A stretch of 64,000 nt of DNA, from assembly GCF_009914755.1 (NCBI RefSeq), contig NC_060931.1; one strand, given 5' to 3'. The notes beneath the pieces were generated by a model, which worked only from the letters and a program-made list of their open reading frames with translations, made no database searches and was not told where the DNA came from. The DNA comes from the human T2T-CHM13v2.0 reference genome, Homo sapiens. Positions 21,355-45,749 of this stretch are shown in pieces. The stretch's first letter is position 1. Each line of letters begins with the position of its first letter. The position numbers were made by a program, and so were the translations under genes.

Positions 21355-21370
21355 TCATGCATATGCATGA
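21355..21370. promoter_or_regulatory. 16-bp perfect palindrome containing the Oct/POU MORE element ATGCATATGCAT
   Basis: TCATGCATATGCATGA read directly. It is an AT-rich patch inside GC-rich DNA. Confidence 0.8.
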
Positions 21371-21379
21371 GCGGCGCGG

Positions 21380-21534
21380 CGGCGGCTCCATTGTGCCCTC
21401 GGAGCGGGCGGCGGCGCGATGGCGCGGGTGGCGGCGGCCCCGGGGCGGCGGGCGGCGCGGAGGGCGGGCTGAGCGCATGGAGCGGCGCGGGCCGGGGGCC
21501 GCCACGGCGAGGGGCCGGGCCAGGCCGGGCGGAG
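21380..21534 (+). other. ZMIZ2: ZMIZ2 exon 1 (5' end uncertain; donor after 21534)
   Basis: Strong donor GAG|GTGAGC in the CpG island. The start is a guess because the TSS is not readable from sequence. Confidence 0.75.
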
Positions 21535-23799
21535 GTGAGCGGGGTCCTGGGGGTGGCCCCTGGCAACGCCGCCAGCAGGCAGGTGTGGGCCGGCGGGGGC
21601 GGGCAGGTGCGGCAGGTGCGGGCCGGCAGGTGCGGGCGGGCAGGCAGGTGTAGCTGGTCGCCCGGGGCGCCCCGGTTCCGCTGCGGCGCCACGGTAGGGT
21701 TCACAGCTGGGCTGGGGCTAGAGGCTCTGCCGCCCACCTGCCGGCACCTGCCACGCGTGCGTCGTGGTCTTGGGCAGGCTCGGCCCCGTGGGCGTCAGGG
21801 TCATCCAGCCCTCCCCTGAGTCTTTGTTGGAGGCTGGCCGAGGGGTGTAAGCGGCGCTCGGGGTTCTCCTGAGCGATGAAGGCTGGCCGGGCCTTCGCTC
21901 CAACCTGATCGTTCCTAGCTTTGGGGCCAGGCAGTCTCACCTACATGGTACGCCCCTCCGCTCCTACTTACGTGCCCACCAGCACGGCGATGTGGGGGCC
22001 GTCTGAGGCCGTCACCTGCTCGCGGAGGAGCTGTTCCGCTCCTGGGCTGAACGACGCTGAGCGGCCAGCCCCCAGCTGCCAGTTTTGATGGGGACACCCC
22101 TTTCCAAACTGGACATACTGAAGCTCAGGCGTGAGGATGCCCTGCTCCCCTGAGGTGCCTTGTCTTCCCTAGTGCCAGGTGTCCTTCACCGCGGCACCCC
22201 CACCCGGTGCCTTGTTTACCCCTCCACCTACCGTGTCTCTCCTCCCATTCCCTGGACCCTCTGCCCTGCAGTGTTCTGCCTCTCCTTCTCCCTAGGGTAC
22301 CCTCTTTCCAGTATTACAGAACATCCATGGTGGTGTCTTTAATTTGTGTCATCGCAGATTTCACAGGGACACACACGGAACATGTGACTTGGTCTGAGAC
22401 CGTGGTGATTACGGATAGGATGGACACAGACTCACCACCAAGTTCTGGCAAGCTAGAACCAGAGGGCATCCCTTGATGCTTAGTGTGGAAACAGGAGAAG
22501 TGAAGGAATCTTAACTTCCAGAGGTACTGACCTCTAGCCCTTGTCATGCCCAGGGGATAGTTACAAGCTGGAAGTGTAAATGAAGAGAACAAGCAGGTGA
22601 CAGTTGCCGGTTGTAGATTTCTGAAGGACAGGCCTAAGATGTTTGGGGAGCATCCTGATTATTGGGATTGAGCTCCCAAGGGCTGATGACATGAAGGTGG
22701 TCATGTGTCCTCAGTCCTAGGATGCTACCAGATATCCATCTTACACATTGTAAACTGATGCCAGGTTAAGGTTGTCCCTTCAGCTGTTCACTGAAATGTC
22801 TCATGCCTGGGCCATTGCTTATTCCTGGACTTTTTGATGAACTCTGCATCCTGACTTAGCCCCACGCTTAGACATTTTAGTACTGTGGCCTTACAGGTAG
22901 AGGGGGCAGGACTTTCAGCTACCTGTATATGTGAGTACCCCACTTTTTGCTACCAAGGACCCCGCTCCTGCAACATTCCACAGCCATCATTTCTTCAATA
23001 CCCTTTGACTCCATTGTCACCTGGGTTGGATCCTGACCCTGCAATCTTGGAGACAGTGAGTCCTGATGTGTGACCTATTGAGAAGCGTTGCCTGCCACAG
23101 GGCCCACTTGCTGGTCCTGCTCCTAGCTGACTAGGCAGGCAGAGAGGTGGCATGGAACAAGGCTCAGGAGGTCAACCAGGAGACTTGGGGGTGCAGCTAC
23201 TCTGGGACATTTGGGGAAGAGAGGTCTGGGGTAGTGAGTTCTGTAACTCTGTCTAGAGGAAGATGTGATCTGACCCCCGAGAAAGCCTTGTGGCCCTCTA
23301 GACTGACCTTGTCCATCTCTCAAGGGGTCCTAGCTTCCAGCTGGAGTTAGTTTACAAGGAAAGCGCCAGGCACTAAGACCCTTGGTGGGCATGGGCCTTG
23401 CATGATCTGGGATCCAGATTCCAGGCTCCAGGCTTGTTCCCAACCCAGACTCAAAGCCAGGAGATGAGAAGAGGATCTGCACACACACAACGCAGAACAC
23501 TATCCTATCATCAGGGGCACAGGGTCAAGGATACCAGACCTGGAGACTGGAAGTCTTTTCAGAGAGACTGTCCTCAGAGAGGAGACCAGAGGCATGAGTT
23601 CGGGTCGGCAGGAAATCCCCCTGTGCAGTGAAGAGTAAGCTCAGAGGGAACTGGAAATCTTTGTGGTCTCTGTCCACAGCAGAGAACCATCAGGGGTGGA
23701 ATTCCCCAGGCTCATGTGACATAGGAGCCTGCTGTGGGCTCCTCCCCTCCCTGTACCTGCCCTGTGCTCCTTCTCCCCAGCTCACTGCATTTCCTAGAT

Positions 23800-23970
23800 C
23801 TGAGGTTCTCAAACTACAGTTCCTGGACCAGCAGCAGCAGTAGCTGCAAACTTGTTAGAAATTCCGGGCTTAGGCCCCAGCCCATCCTACTGACTTCAGG
23901 TGGGGCTGGGCAGCCTGTCATCACCAGCTGCAAGCTGGTTTTGATGTGCTGCAGTTGGGGAGCTGCTGCC
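23800..23970. mobile_element. MER5-like hAT DNA transposon relic
   Basis: ggttctcaaact...cagcagca...aacttgttagaaat motif. Confidence 0.55.
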
Positions 23971-24216
23971 CTAGGTGACCTAAAATGAGGCAGTGCTGCA
24001 CAGAGTGCTGCCTGCACTTTGAGGCCTTTGACCACGGGCGGGGGAGGGGGCACATCTGCTTGCCTGCCAGATTCCCTCCCTGTTCTTGGGACAGCAAAGT
24101 GGCCAGCCAACCCAACCAGCTTTCTAGTGGGGAAAGATTGTCACAGCAGTTCTGCGGAGACAGAAGGCTGGTGGTAGCAGTTGTATTGTAATTAAACTTT
24201 TTATTTTGAAATTATT

Positions 24217-24522
<306 letters not shown>

Positions 24523-24524
24523 TT

Positions 24525-26620
24525 AAAGATTCATGTGCATTATAAGAAATGACACAGAGAGATTTATTCTGTCCTTTACCCAGTTTGCCCCAATGGTAAC
24601 ATCTTGGAAAACTAGTACAACATTGCACCAGGACACTACACTGATACAGTAAAGAGGTTACAGCCTGTTGCCTTCTATTTTTTTTTTTTGAGATGGAGTT
24701 TCACTCTTGCTGCCCAGGCTGGAGTGCAATGGTGCGATCGGCTCACTGCAACCTCCACCTCCTGGGTTCAAATGATTCTCCTGCCTCAGCCTCCTGAGTA
24801 GCTGGGATTACAGGCGCCCACCACTACGCCCGGTTAGTTTTTGCCCAGCTAATTCTTATGTTTTTAGTAGAGTTGGGGTTTCACCATGTTGGCCAGGCTG
24901 GTCTCGAACTCCTGACCTCAAATGATCTGCCCACTTCAGCCTCCCAAAGTGCTGGGATTACAGGCGTGAGCCACCGTGCCCAGCCTGTTGCCTTCTTATA
25001 TTCACGCCCACCTTCCTCCTGCCAAAATTACAGAAATGGAGAAGAGATTAGTACCTTTCTCTTTACCCCCACATTTAACCCCTGGCAATCACCAATCTGT
25101 TCTCCATTTCCCTAATTTTGGTGTGTCAAGAATGCTAAATAAAGGAATCGTACACCGTGTAGCCTCTTGGGATTGGCTTTTTCCACCGAGCATTAATTCT
25201 CTGGAGATTCATCCAGGTTGTTGCATATATCAGTAGTTCATTCCTTTATATTGCATCCGGGCTATGGATTTACCACCGTTGATTTAACTCTTCATCCATT
25301 GAAGGACATCTGGGCTGTTTCCATTCCATAGCTCTTGCAAATAAAGCAGTTATAAACATTTGTGTACAGGTTTTTATGTGAACATAAGTTTTCATTTCTC
25401 TGAGATAAATGCGTACAAGTGCAGTTGCTGGGTCATAGTAGGGTAGCTGCTTGCTTAGTTCCATATGATACGGCCAGACTGTTTTCCAGAGTGGCTGTAC
25501 ATTTTACATTCCCACTAGTAATGTGTGAGAGATCCAGTTTCTCCTTGCCAGCATTTAGTGATGTCACTATTTTTTATTTTAGCCATTCTGATGGATGTAT
25601 AGTGATATCTCACTGTGGTTTTAATTTGCATTTCCCCACTGACTAGTGATGCTGAGCATCTTTTCTTATGCTTATTTGCCATCTGTATATTCTCTTTGGC
25701 AAAGTGTCTCTTTATGTTTTTTGCTTATTTTCTAATTGGAGTTTTTAATTTTAATTTTTTTTTTTTTTTAGTTTTGAGAATTCTTTTTTTGTTTTGTTTT
25801 GTTTTTTAAATCATGGTTCACTCTGTCATCCAGGCTAGAGTACAGTGGCATGATCATGTCTCACCCCAGCCTCCACCTTCTGGGGTCAAGTGATCCCTCC
25901 ACTGCAGCCTCCTGAAAAGCTGGGACCACAGGTGCATGCCACCACGCCCAGCTAATTTTTAAATTTCTTGAGGAGTCGGGGGTCTCACTCTGTTGCCCAG
26001 ACTGATCTTGAACTCCTGGGCTCAAGCAGTCCTCCTGCCTCGGCCTCCCAAAGTGCTGGGATTATAAGTGTGAGCCACTGTGCCTGGCTGAGAATTCTTT
26101 ATATGTTCTAGATACTAGTCCTTTGTTGGATATGCAGCTTGCAAATATTTCTCCTGGCCTGTAACTTATCTTTTCATCCTCTTAGCAGGGCCTTTCCCGA
26201 AGGAAAAATTTTAATTTTGATGAAGTCCAGTTTATCAGTTTTTTTCTTTTATGGATCATGCCTTTGGTATCAGGTCTAAGAGCTCTTTGGCCTAGATCAC
26301 AAAGATTTTCTCCTATATATTTTCCTGAATATTTTATAGATTTATGTTTTACAGTTAAATCTATAAACCATTTTGAGTTACTTTCTGTATAAGGTGTGAA
26401 GTTTAGGTGTTTTTTGTTTGTTGTTTTGATGCCCAGTTGCTCCATTGTCCCAGCACCATTGGTTGGAAAGGCTGTCCTTCCTCCTTTGAATTGCTCTCGC
26501 ACCTTTGTCAGACATTGTTTGGGCCTATTTGTGCAAATCAATTTCAGATTCTCTGGTCTCGCCTGTTGGCCCATGGTTCTGTTCCCATGTTGGTACCACA
26601 CAGTTTTGATTACCATATCT
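24525..26620 (-). mobile_element. Old L1M 3' portion in intron 1, interrupted by Alus (24678-24985, 25800-26090)
   Basis: Antisense L1 signatures (ccagactgttttccagagtggctgtac, ttaatttgcatttccc, ttcctgaatattttatag). Confidence 0.85.
24678..24985 (-). mobile_element. Alu in intron 1 with TSD tgttgccttct
   Basis: Alu consensus with flanking direct repeat. Confidence 0.95.
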
Positions 26621-28316
26621 ATATTCTAAGTCCTAAAATCTGTGTATGGCTGCTCAAGGCCCCACCCAGCAGTTCTGGGGAGGAGTTTCTGGCTGTTGGC
26701 AGGTTCCTCTGTCCCCCAACATCACTATTCCTGAGTCAGGCTATGGGACTGGGATTGCCACCCCTACCTTGCCTGGCTGGGCCATCTCAGCTCCCAGGCC
26801 TGTTCTTGCCTAGAGTCCAGGTGCCTGGAGCCTTCTGGAGCCATCAGCCCCTGGTTTTCTTCACCCCTGCTTCCTGGGCAGGACTTGGTCTGGGGGAGCA
26901 AGGGGAGGAGCCTATGGGCTGGGAATCAAGTCTTGCCTCCCCTGAGGGTGTGAGGAAGTCCAGAACACTGCCCTCTCCCTCTTCCCTAATTGGTACCCCC
27001 CAGTCCCAGTGCTCGGTGATGGGAAGATCCAGTGAAAGGCCACATGCTTAGACTCCCCAGGCAGAGCTCAGCTCTACTTCTCACCTGCTCTGGGGCCCTG
27101 GGCACACAGCTCGCCCTCAGAATCTCCAGGTCTATATTTTGAGGGGTGAGGCTGTTCCTACCTCCATTGGTGAGGCCCTCGGTCAGCACAAGAAATGGCA
27201 GCCTAGATGAATGCGGGGCCACCCTCTCCTGGGGCAGGGAGAGGCCATGTGAGTGCTGCGATGGCAGGATGGCACCAGTGGTCAGCACGCCTCAGGTGGC
27301 ATGTCTGTGTGTGTGGCAGCCTTGTAGGCCCTAAAAGGGAGTAGTATCCAAGGCGAGCATGCCTGGGGACTCCTGAGAAACAGCTGAAGCGGCCTCTCCT
27401 GTGCTGCAGCCAGTGTTCCTCTGTGGATAGCCTAGGCAGGCAGAGGTGGACATGTCAGGTGGTCCTGGGAGTGTCAGAACCCAGGGTAGTGCCAGTGAGG
27501 GCCCTTCAGGGACACTCAGGGGCAGGGCTCCAGGGCATGTCTGGGCCTGCTTTGGTAAGGGGCTTGCTTGTGGCAGTGTCGGAAGGCGTGGCACTCAGAA
27601 GCAGCCTGAAGGTGTGGTCACTTCCGTGGCTTATTTACTAAATGGGGAGAGCAAACTTAGCGTGGCACATGTAAGTCCCATGGTGCCAGCACTGTGGTCC
27701 TGCATGCGTCCTCCCTGACACACCCCCTCTGCTGCCCTGTCCTGAGCACCAGGTCACTGGTATCCACTCAGCCCCATCTTGCAGAGTCACTTCAATGTCT
27801 CCCCAGCCCCTTTCTTAGAAACACTGGCCAAGTCACAGTCCCTGCCAGGTCTGTGGGTGCCCACCCTCCATCTATTGTGCTGTGTGTCCCTGCCCTCTCC
27901 TGGGGGTGTCATGGATGGGCCAGTGGGTCTGCCTGCCTGGCCCCTAGGACCATATCAGCCTCGGGCAGCCCCCACTTGGTGGAATCTGGGTCAGTTCTGA
28001 GGTGCCCTGGCCTGGAGCCCTTCTACTACCCTAAAGAGGGCCTTCTTGTTGGGAGGGGCTGCTAGCCAGAGCCCAGGTTACTGGCCCCACACCCCATTTC
28101 AGGAGGTATCCTGCATGTCCCTCCCCAAGGCCAGGATGGAGAGTTGTTGGTTGACCACTGCACTCCTGTGATCACCGCACCCCTGCACTCTCCTCCTCGG
28201 CTTTCTCAGCCCCTGGCCTCCAGAACCGCCTATGCCCCTACCTGGGCTACTCAGGGTAGACAAGACCTTTAGCAGGGAGTCCCCTCACCTCCACTGCCCT
28301 CTGTCCTTCACCCCAG

Positions 28317-28416
28317 GGCCTTCTGTGGGGTTACTGGCTACTGGCTCCTCTCTAAACCCCAGTTTCCACGGGGTAGCTAGGATTGTCCCTGGCTTTATAA
28401 GGATAGCCAGGCCTCG
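28317..28416 (+). CDS. ZMIZ2: Candidate alternative coding exon (100 nt) linking the exon-1 ATG in frame to exon 3
   Basis: Acceptor ctgccctctgtccttcaccccag|, donor TCG|gtgtgg, phase 1 in and phase 2 out, no stop codon. Confidence 0.6.
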
Positions 28417-28793
28417 GTGTGGGCGGGAGAGTGGGGAAAGTATTTGGAATCGGGAAGTCCATCTCTAGGGCTGATCCAGGGACTCTGGGTGGCAGGGCCT
28501 GGTCAGAAAGGGTTCATGCTGGCCTCCAGGCTGTATTTGTGGGGGCAGATCCTCACCAGAGTGAGTGGGGTGGGTCAGTACTAGGCCCCTCCACTGCCTT
28601 GCCTGCCATCAGAGCCCAGGGGTCCCTTATTGAGAAAGAGGTGGGGCCTGCTGGCACCGGGGTCCCTCCACCCTGCTGAAAGGGTCTCCTGGCTGCATCG
28701 CAGCTAACATCCCTTCCTTCCTGTCGGGCAGCCAGAGCAGCTGAGTTCCAGATAAAAACTGTCAGACCCGGCCTGTAGGCTGCTCCATTGCCA

Positions 28794-40169
<11,376 letters not shown>

Positions 40170-41215
40170 TCCTGTGTTTACCCCAAGCCCGGCGGGGACA
40201 CGCTCACAGATGTCACCACAGCCCTGCCCTTCATGCCCAGCCCCATGGGACACCCGGTGGTCTTTCCCAAACCTCCCCCAAAACACACCTGGAGCCAGAG
40301 CCTTCTGCCGCCAGCCCTGCCCCTGAATTGGAAGCAGCCCTGTGCTCGATGGGAGGGGCTCCCAGGCCGGCAGCCCTTGCCACCTCCCTCTGCCAAGCCT
40401 GCTGCTGCAGAACGGTTTTTGCTGAGGTGCCCCTGCCCAGCCCTGTCCAGCCTTGTCCACACACACATCTCACGCCCCTGGTCTCACAGCCTCACACCTT
40501 GTCCTTCCACCCCTGCCTGCCCCCACCCAGCCTGCTTCTTGTCCAGCATTGATCCTTCTGTTTCAACAACTCCTCCACTGGGCAGAGCTGGGCATCTGGC
40601 AGGGCTGGCTCTGTCCCCTGGGCCTTTGGCTCCAGTGGCCCCTGTGCCCAGCAGTCCAGCTCTTGGAACCTCGCTGAATGGCAGCCTCTTGGGGGCCTGG
40701 AGCTCTGGCAGCCCAGCCGTGTGTGGTGTCAGGTTCCTCTCCCCACCCCAGCTTCAAGCAGAGGCCTCGGGGTGGGGGAGCTACAAAGCACAACAATGTA
40801 CATAGTGTAGAAACACTAACAGCTGGGAGAGGGGAGCCAGCTGTCCAGCCAGCATGTTCCTGTTGTACAGCCCGGTCTCCCTGCGCGCTCTGCTCCTTCC
40901 CATGTGCAGACAGATCAGGGAGGAACCTCCAATGGGTGGGGGACAGTGAGCTTCGGCCTGGCCGAGGTGGGTGGGTGGGCTCTCAGATTCAGCTCTGTGT
41001 AAAGATTCTCTAGCGGGCTGCGCTCCCAAGTTCCCCTTCTCTGTGAAAGTGAAGAATTAGTACAGCTGTGTTTTTTAAAGCCACCTCTCTGTCTCCACCC
41101 CATGGGCCCACACCCAGGTGGGGGAGGAGGAAGCCACTGCATCTGTTGGCTCAGGGCCCCAGCCTGTGCGAGCAGGGCGCCTGGGCTGTTGTGTCTCCTG
41201 TCTGTGCCGATCTCT

Positions 41216-41221
41216 ATTAAA
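41216..41221 (+). terminator. Candidate proximal poly(A) signal ATTAAA
   Basis: Hexamer read directly in the 3' UTR. Confidence 0.5.
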
Positions 41222-42408
41222 GGACTCCCTCTTGGTGGGCCTGGCCGAGTCCCTCCTTTGTGCTCCCAGGGACTATTTTCTCCTCGTAAGCCAGCGACCT
41301 GCCTAAAGCTTGGGCTGTGCCTGCAAAGCTTGTGCAGGACCTGGGGGCCAGGTCGACCTTCAAGTGGCTTTTGGGGCCCCAGGTTGAGCTCTGGATGTTT
41401 CAAGCCAAGGCTCGGCTATTCCCGCCCCATAGTAAATTTCCTTTTCCCTGGAATTTTCCAAGTTGGCTTCAGCTGAAGAGCTGTTTTGTGAAGCATCCCA
41501 GGCTTGCCCAGGAGAGACATTTGCCACTATGTCACCTTATCTGGGCTTGCCCTGGGGCACTGAGACAGTTGTTTGGCAGCCCCAGCCCAGCCAGGGCCTC
41601 ATCCTTCTCAGCTCTTGTCCCTGGGAGGCCTCTGCTTGTCACTTCCCAGAGATTGCAGAGGTGTGTCCTGCCTACCATCTGCCTGTCCAGCTTGGTGGGG
41701 GTCCGGGTCACCATTTCCTCCAGTCCTGGGCCCCATCCTTGAGGGCCTTCCCAGCCAGCCAGCAGGAGAGGCAAGAACTGGGGGAACACAGGAACCTAGG
41801 GGAGGAGGGGAGCGCTGGGCATCCTCAGGCTGGCGGCCAAGGCCTGCCCCTGGAGGCACTAGAGGAGGGCATCTGTCTGTGGGAGCCCAGAGGCTGCAGG
41901 GAGGAGGAGGAGGGAGGTATCTGGTGTGAGCGTTGCCCCTGCGACATTTGGGACCACACAGGTGGGCTTCCTTATTCCCTGACAAAGCCTCTGTTTCCAG
42001 CTCTTCCGCCCTCTCTGGATGAGGGAACAGAAGTGGAGGAAACAAAAGAAGCAGCAGCACGCACAGTCCTGTCGCTGGGTGCGGAGACAGCCTGGCAAAG
42101 TCCCACTCAGCCATGGCCTGATGCAGGCCCCAGGCCCTCCTTTCTTGGGTGTCAAATGACTGTGTCCTGGACATCTGATGCACCACCTGCCCTGCCTGTT
42201 GCAAACGTGATGCTCCCGGATGGAGTGGAGAAACTAGGAGACTGGGACAAGCAAAAGGCTGCAAACAACCCAGAAGCCCATCCTCAGAAGACTGGAGAAA
42301 TGATTGAGGAATGCATGGGCACCGTGGCCCTGTGCTCCATCACAAACACCTCTCAGAAACAACGTGGGATGAAAAAGCAAGACAGTTCATACAGTATGAT
42401 GCCATTTT

Positions 42409-42414
42409 TATAAA
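42409..42414 (+). terminator. Candidate distal poly(A) signal TATAAA
   Basis: Variant hexamer followed about 15 nt later by tatgtgtgg. It lies in an old L1 3'-end-like fragment. Confidence 0.5.
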
Positions 42415-42649
42415 GCTCAAAACCAAATATGTGTGGAATTCATACCCAGGTGCTAAAGTCATCAGGGAGGGCAGGGAGTCAGTACAACACAGTGCTCACC
42501 CGTGGGGAGGGGACGGAGCTGTGCTTAGGGAAGAGCAGAGATGCTGGAGGTTTTGAACCTCAGGGTCAGTGGTGGCTTCGTGGGTTTCACTTTGTCGTAC
42601 TTTCTGTTTCACACATTTTCTTGTGAATGTGCCAAGTATTACATAAAAA

Positions 42650-43870
<1,221 letters not shown>

Positions 43871-44320
43871 TTCATGTGAGGGGCCAGCTTCCCTCCCATT
43901 CTGCCCCAGCTTCCTCCAGTGGCCTTCCCCAGCAGGCAGTGGCCCCCACTTCTGACCCCTGTAACTCTACCCACTGTGGGTTTCCTCCTTGCCACCCTTC
44001 CAGCCTTCCAGGCTTTGGGGGCCATTGAGACAGCCCATCCTGCCTGCCCTGAGTGGGAGGGCAAGACATGACTGGCTCAGGATGGCCTGTCACCCAAGTT
44101 GCCTCAAAGAAGCCAGGGACATCAGTGCAGTCGGATGCACAGTGCAGTAGGTTTTGGTAAGTGCACATGCGTGTGTACCTGCCCTTCCAAACCTCACAGG
44201 AGAGACCAACCCACACCCCACCCCAGGTCATCACTGTTCTGGCCCCTGTCACCAGAGATTAATTTTGCCCTTTCTGAAACTTTATGTCAGTGAATATTAG
44301 AGTCTGTGTCTTGTTGTTAA

Positions 44321-44554
<234 letters not shown>

Positions 44555-45662
44555 TAGGCTGGTCTCGAACTCCTGACCTTGTGATCTGCCTGCCTCGGCC
44601 TCCCAAAGTGCTGGGATTATAGGCTTGAGCCACTGTGCCTTTTTATTTTCATTTAACTGTATATTGTTCTTGTTCATTCTCTCAGTTACCACTTAGAAGG
44701 GAGGATTAATGGGTACCCTTCCCCAGCGTCCTATACCCCAGCTCTTCTCTGACCAAGTCTTGAACCCTGTCATGGTACATTAGCTAGGACTCAATAGGTT
44801 GCAAGTGACGGTGACCAATTCAAACCAGTTAAGGAAGGAAGGGGCTCAAAATAGCAGTCCTGAAAGGGCCCTGGGGCAGCTGGACATGGGTAGGCATCCT
44901 TCCTTGGCCTCTGTGTGCAAGCTTCACCCTCAACCAGCTGCTTCTGTGAACTTGAGATCCAAGCTTCGGAGCCTCACTTCTCATTGATTCACCCTAGAAA
45001 AGAGGTGATGATCACTCTCCTTCTGGTTCCAAGTTTAAAATCCCAGGGATGGGATCTGGTTGACTCAACCAGGTAGGGACCCACCCACACAGCTAGAGTG
45101 GGGTCAGGAGCACTGCCCGAAAGAAGGGAAGCAGTTATCACAAGAGGGAGTACAGAGGGCCTCCCATTGCCTTGGGATGAAGTCCTTGCCTGCTCCCAAC
45201 AGTCTCCACATTACCTCGTTCCTGCCCGTCTACCTTCTGGGTCAGGCTTCAGCTAAGACGCCATTCCTGGGAGAACCCTCTGCTTCCAGGATAAGTCAGG
45301 GCCTCCTCCTGAAGCCTTGATTCACTCTGTGGAATGCCTTTCACAGTTCCCATCATAGCTGATCAGTTAAACCGTGGTGTGATTGTTCTTCCCACTTTTT
45401 TTTTTTTTATTTTTTAGAGATGGGGGGGTGTCACTCTGTCAGGTGGAGTGCAGTGGTGCAATCACAGCTCACTGCAGCGTTGACCTCCAGGGCATAAGCA
45501 CTCCTCTCATCTCAGCCTCCCAGGTGGCTGGGGCCACAGGCTTACACCACCACGCCTGGCTAATTTTTTTTTTTTAAGCAGAGTCTCACTCTGTCCTCCA
45601 GGTGGGAGTGCAGTGACGCGATCTCGGCTCACTGCAACCTTCGCCTCCTGGATTCAAGCGAA

Positions 45663-45749
45663 TCAGCCTCCTGAGTACTGGGATTACAGTACTCGGCCTC
45701 CTGAGTACTGGGATTACAGTACTCGGCCTCCTGAGTACTGGGATTACAG
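45663..45749. repeat. 30-bp x3 minisatellite inside an Alu
   Basis: tcggcctcctgagtactgggattacagtac repeated. Confidence 0.95.

Larger units (their letters stand above)
20850..22080. promoter_or_regulatory. ZMIZ2: CpG island / ZMIZ2 promoter with many GC boxes
   Basis: Very GC- and CpG-rich relative to CpG-depleted flanks, with repeated CCCCGCCC/GGGCGG motifs at 20857-21120 and no TATA box seen. Confidence 0.95.
40170..42430 (+). other. ZMIZ2: ZMIZ2 3' UTR (distal end approximate)
   Basis: Alu-free unique sequence after the stop. Variant signals are ATTAAA 41216, AGTAAA 41431 and TATAAA 42409, the last followed by a GT-rich patch. Confidence 0.7.

Noticed and set aside
20739-21819. Long overlapping ORFs (296-324 aa) on both strands of the CpG island
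   Set aside because: Stop codons are rare in very GC-rich DNA and the products are low-complexity R/G/P/A. Only the part from ATG21477 has a plausible splice route.
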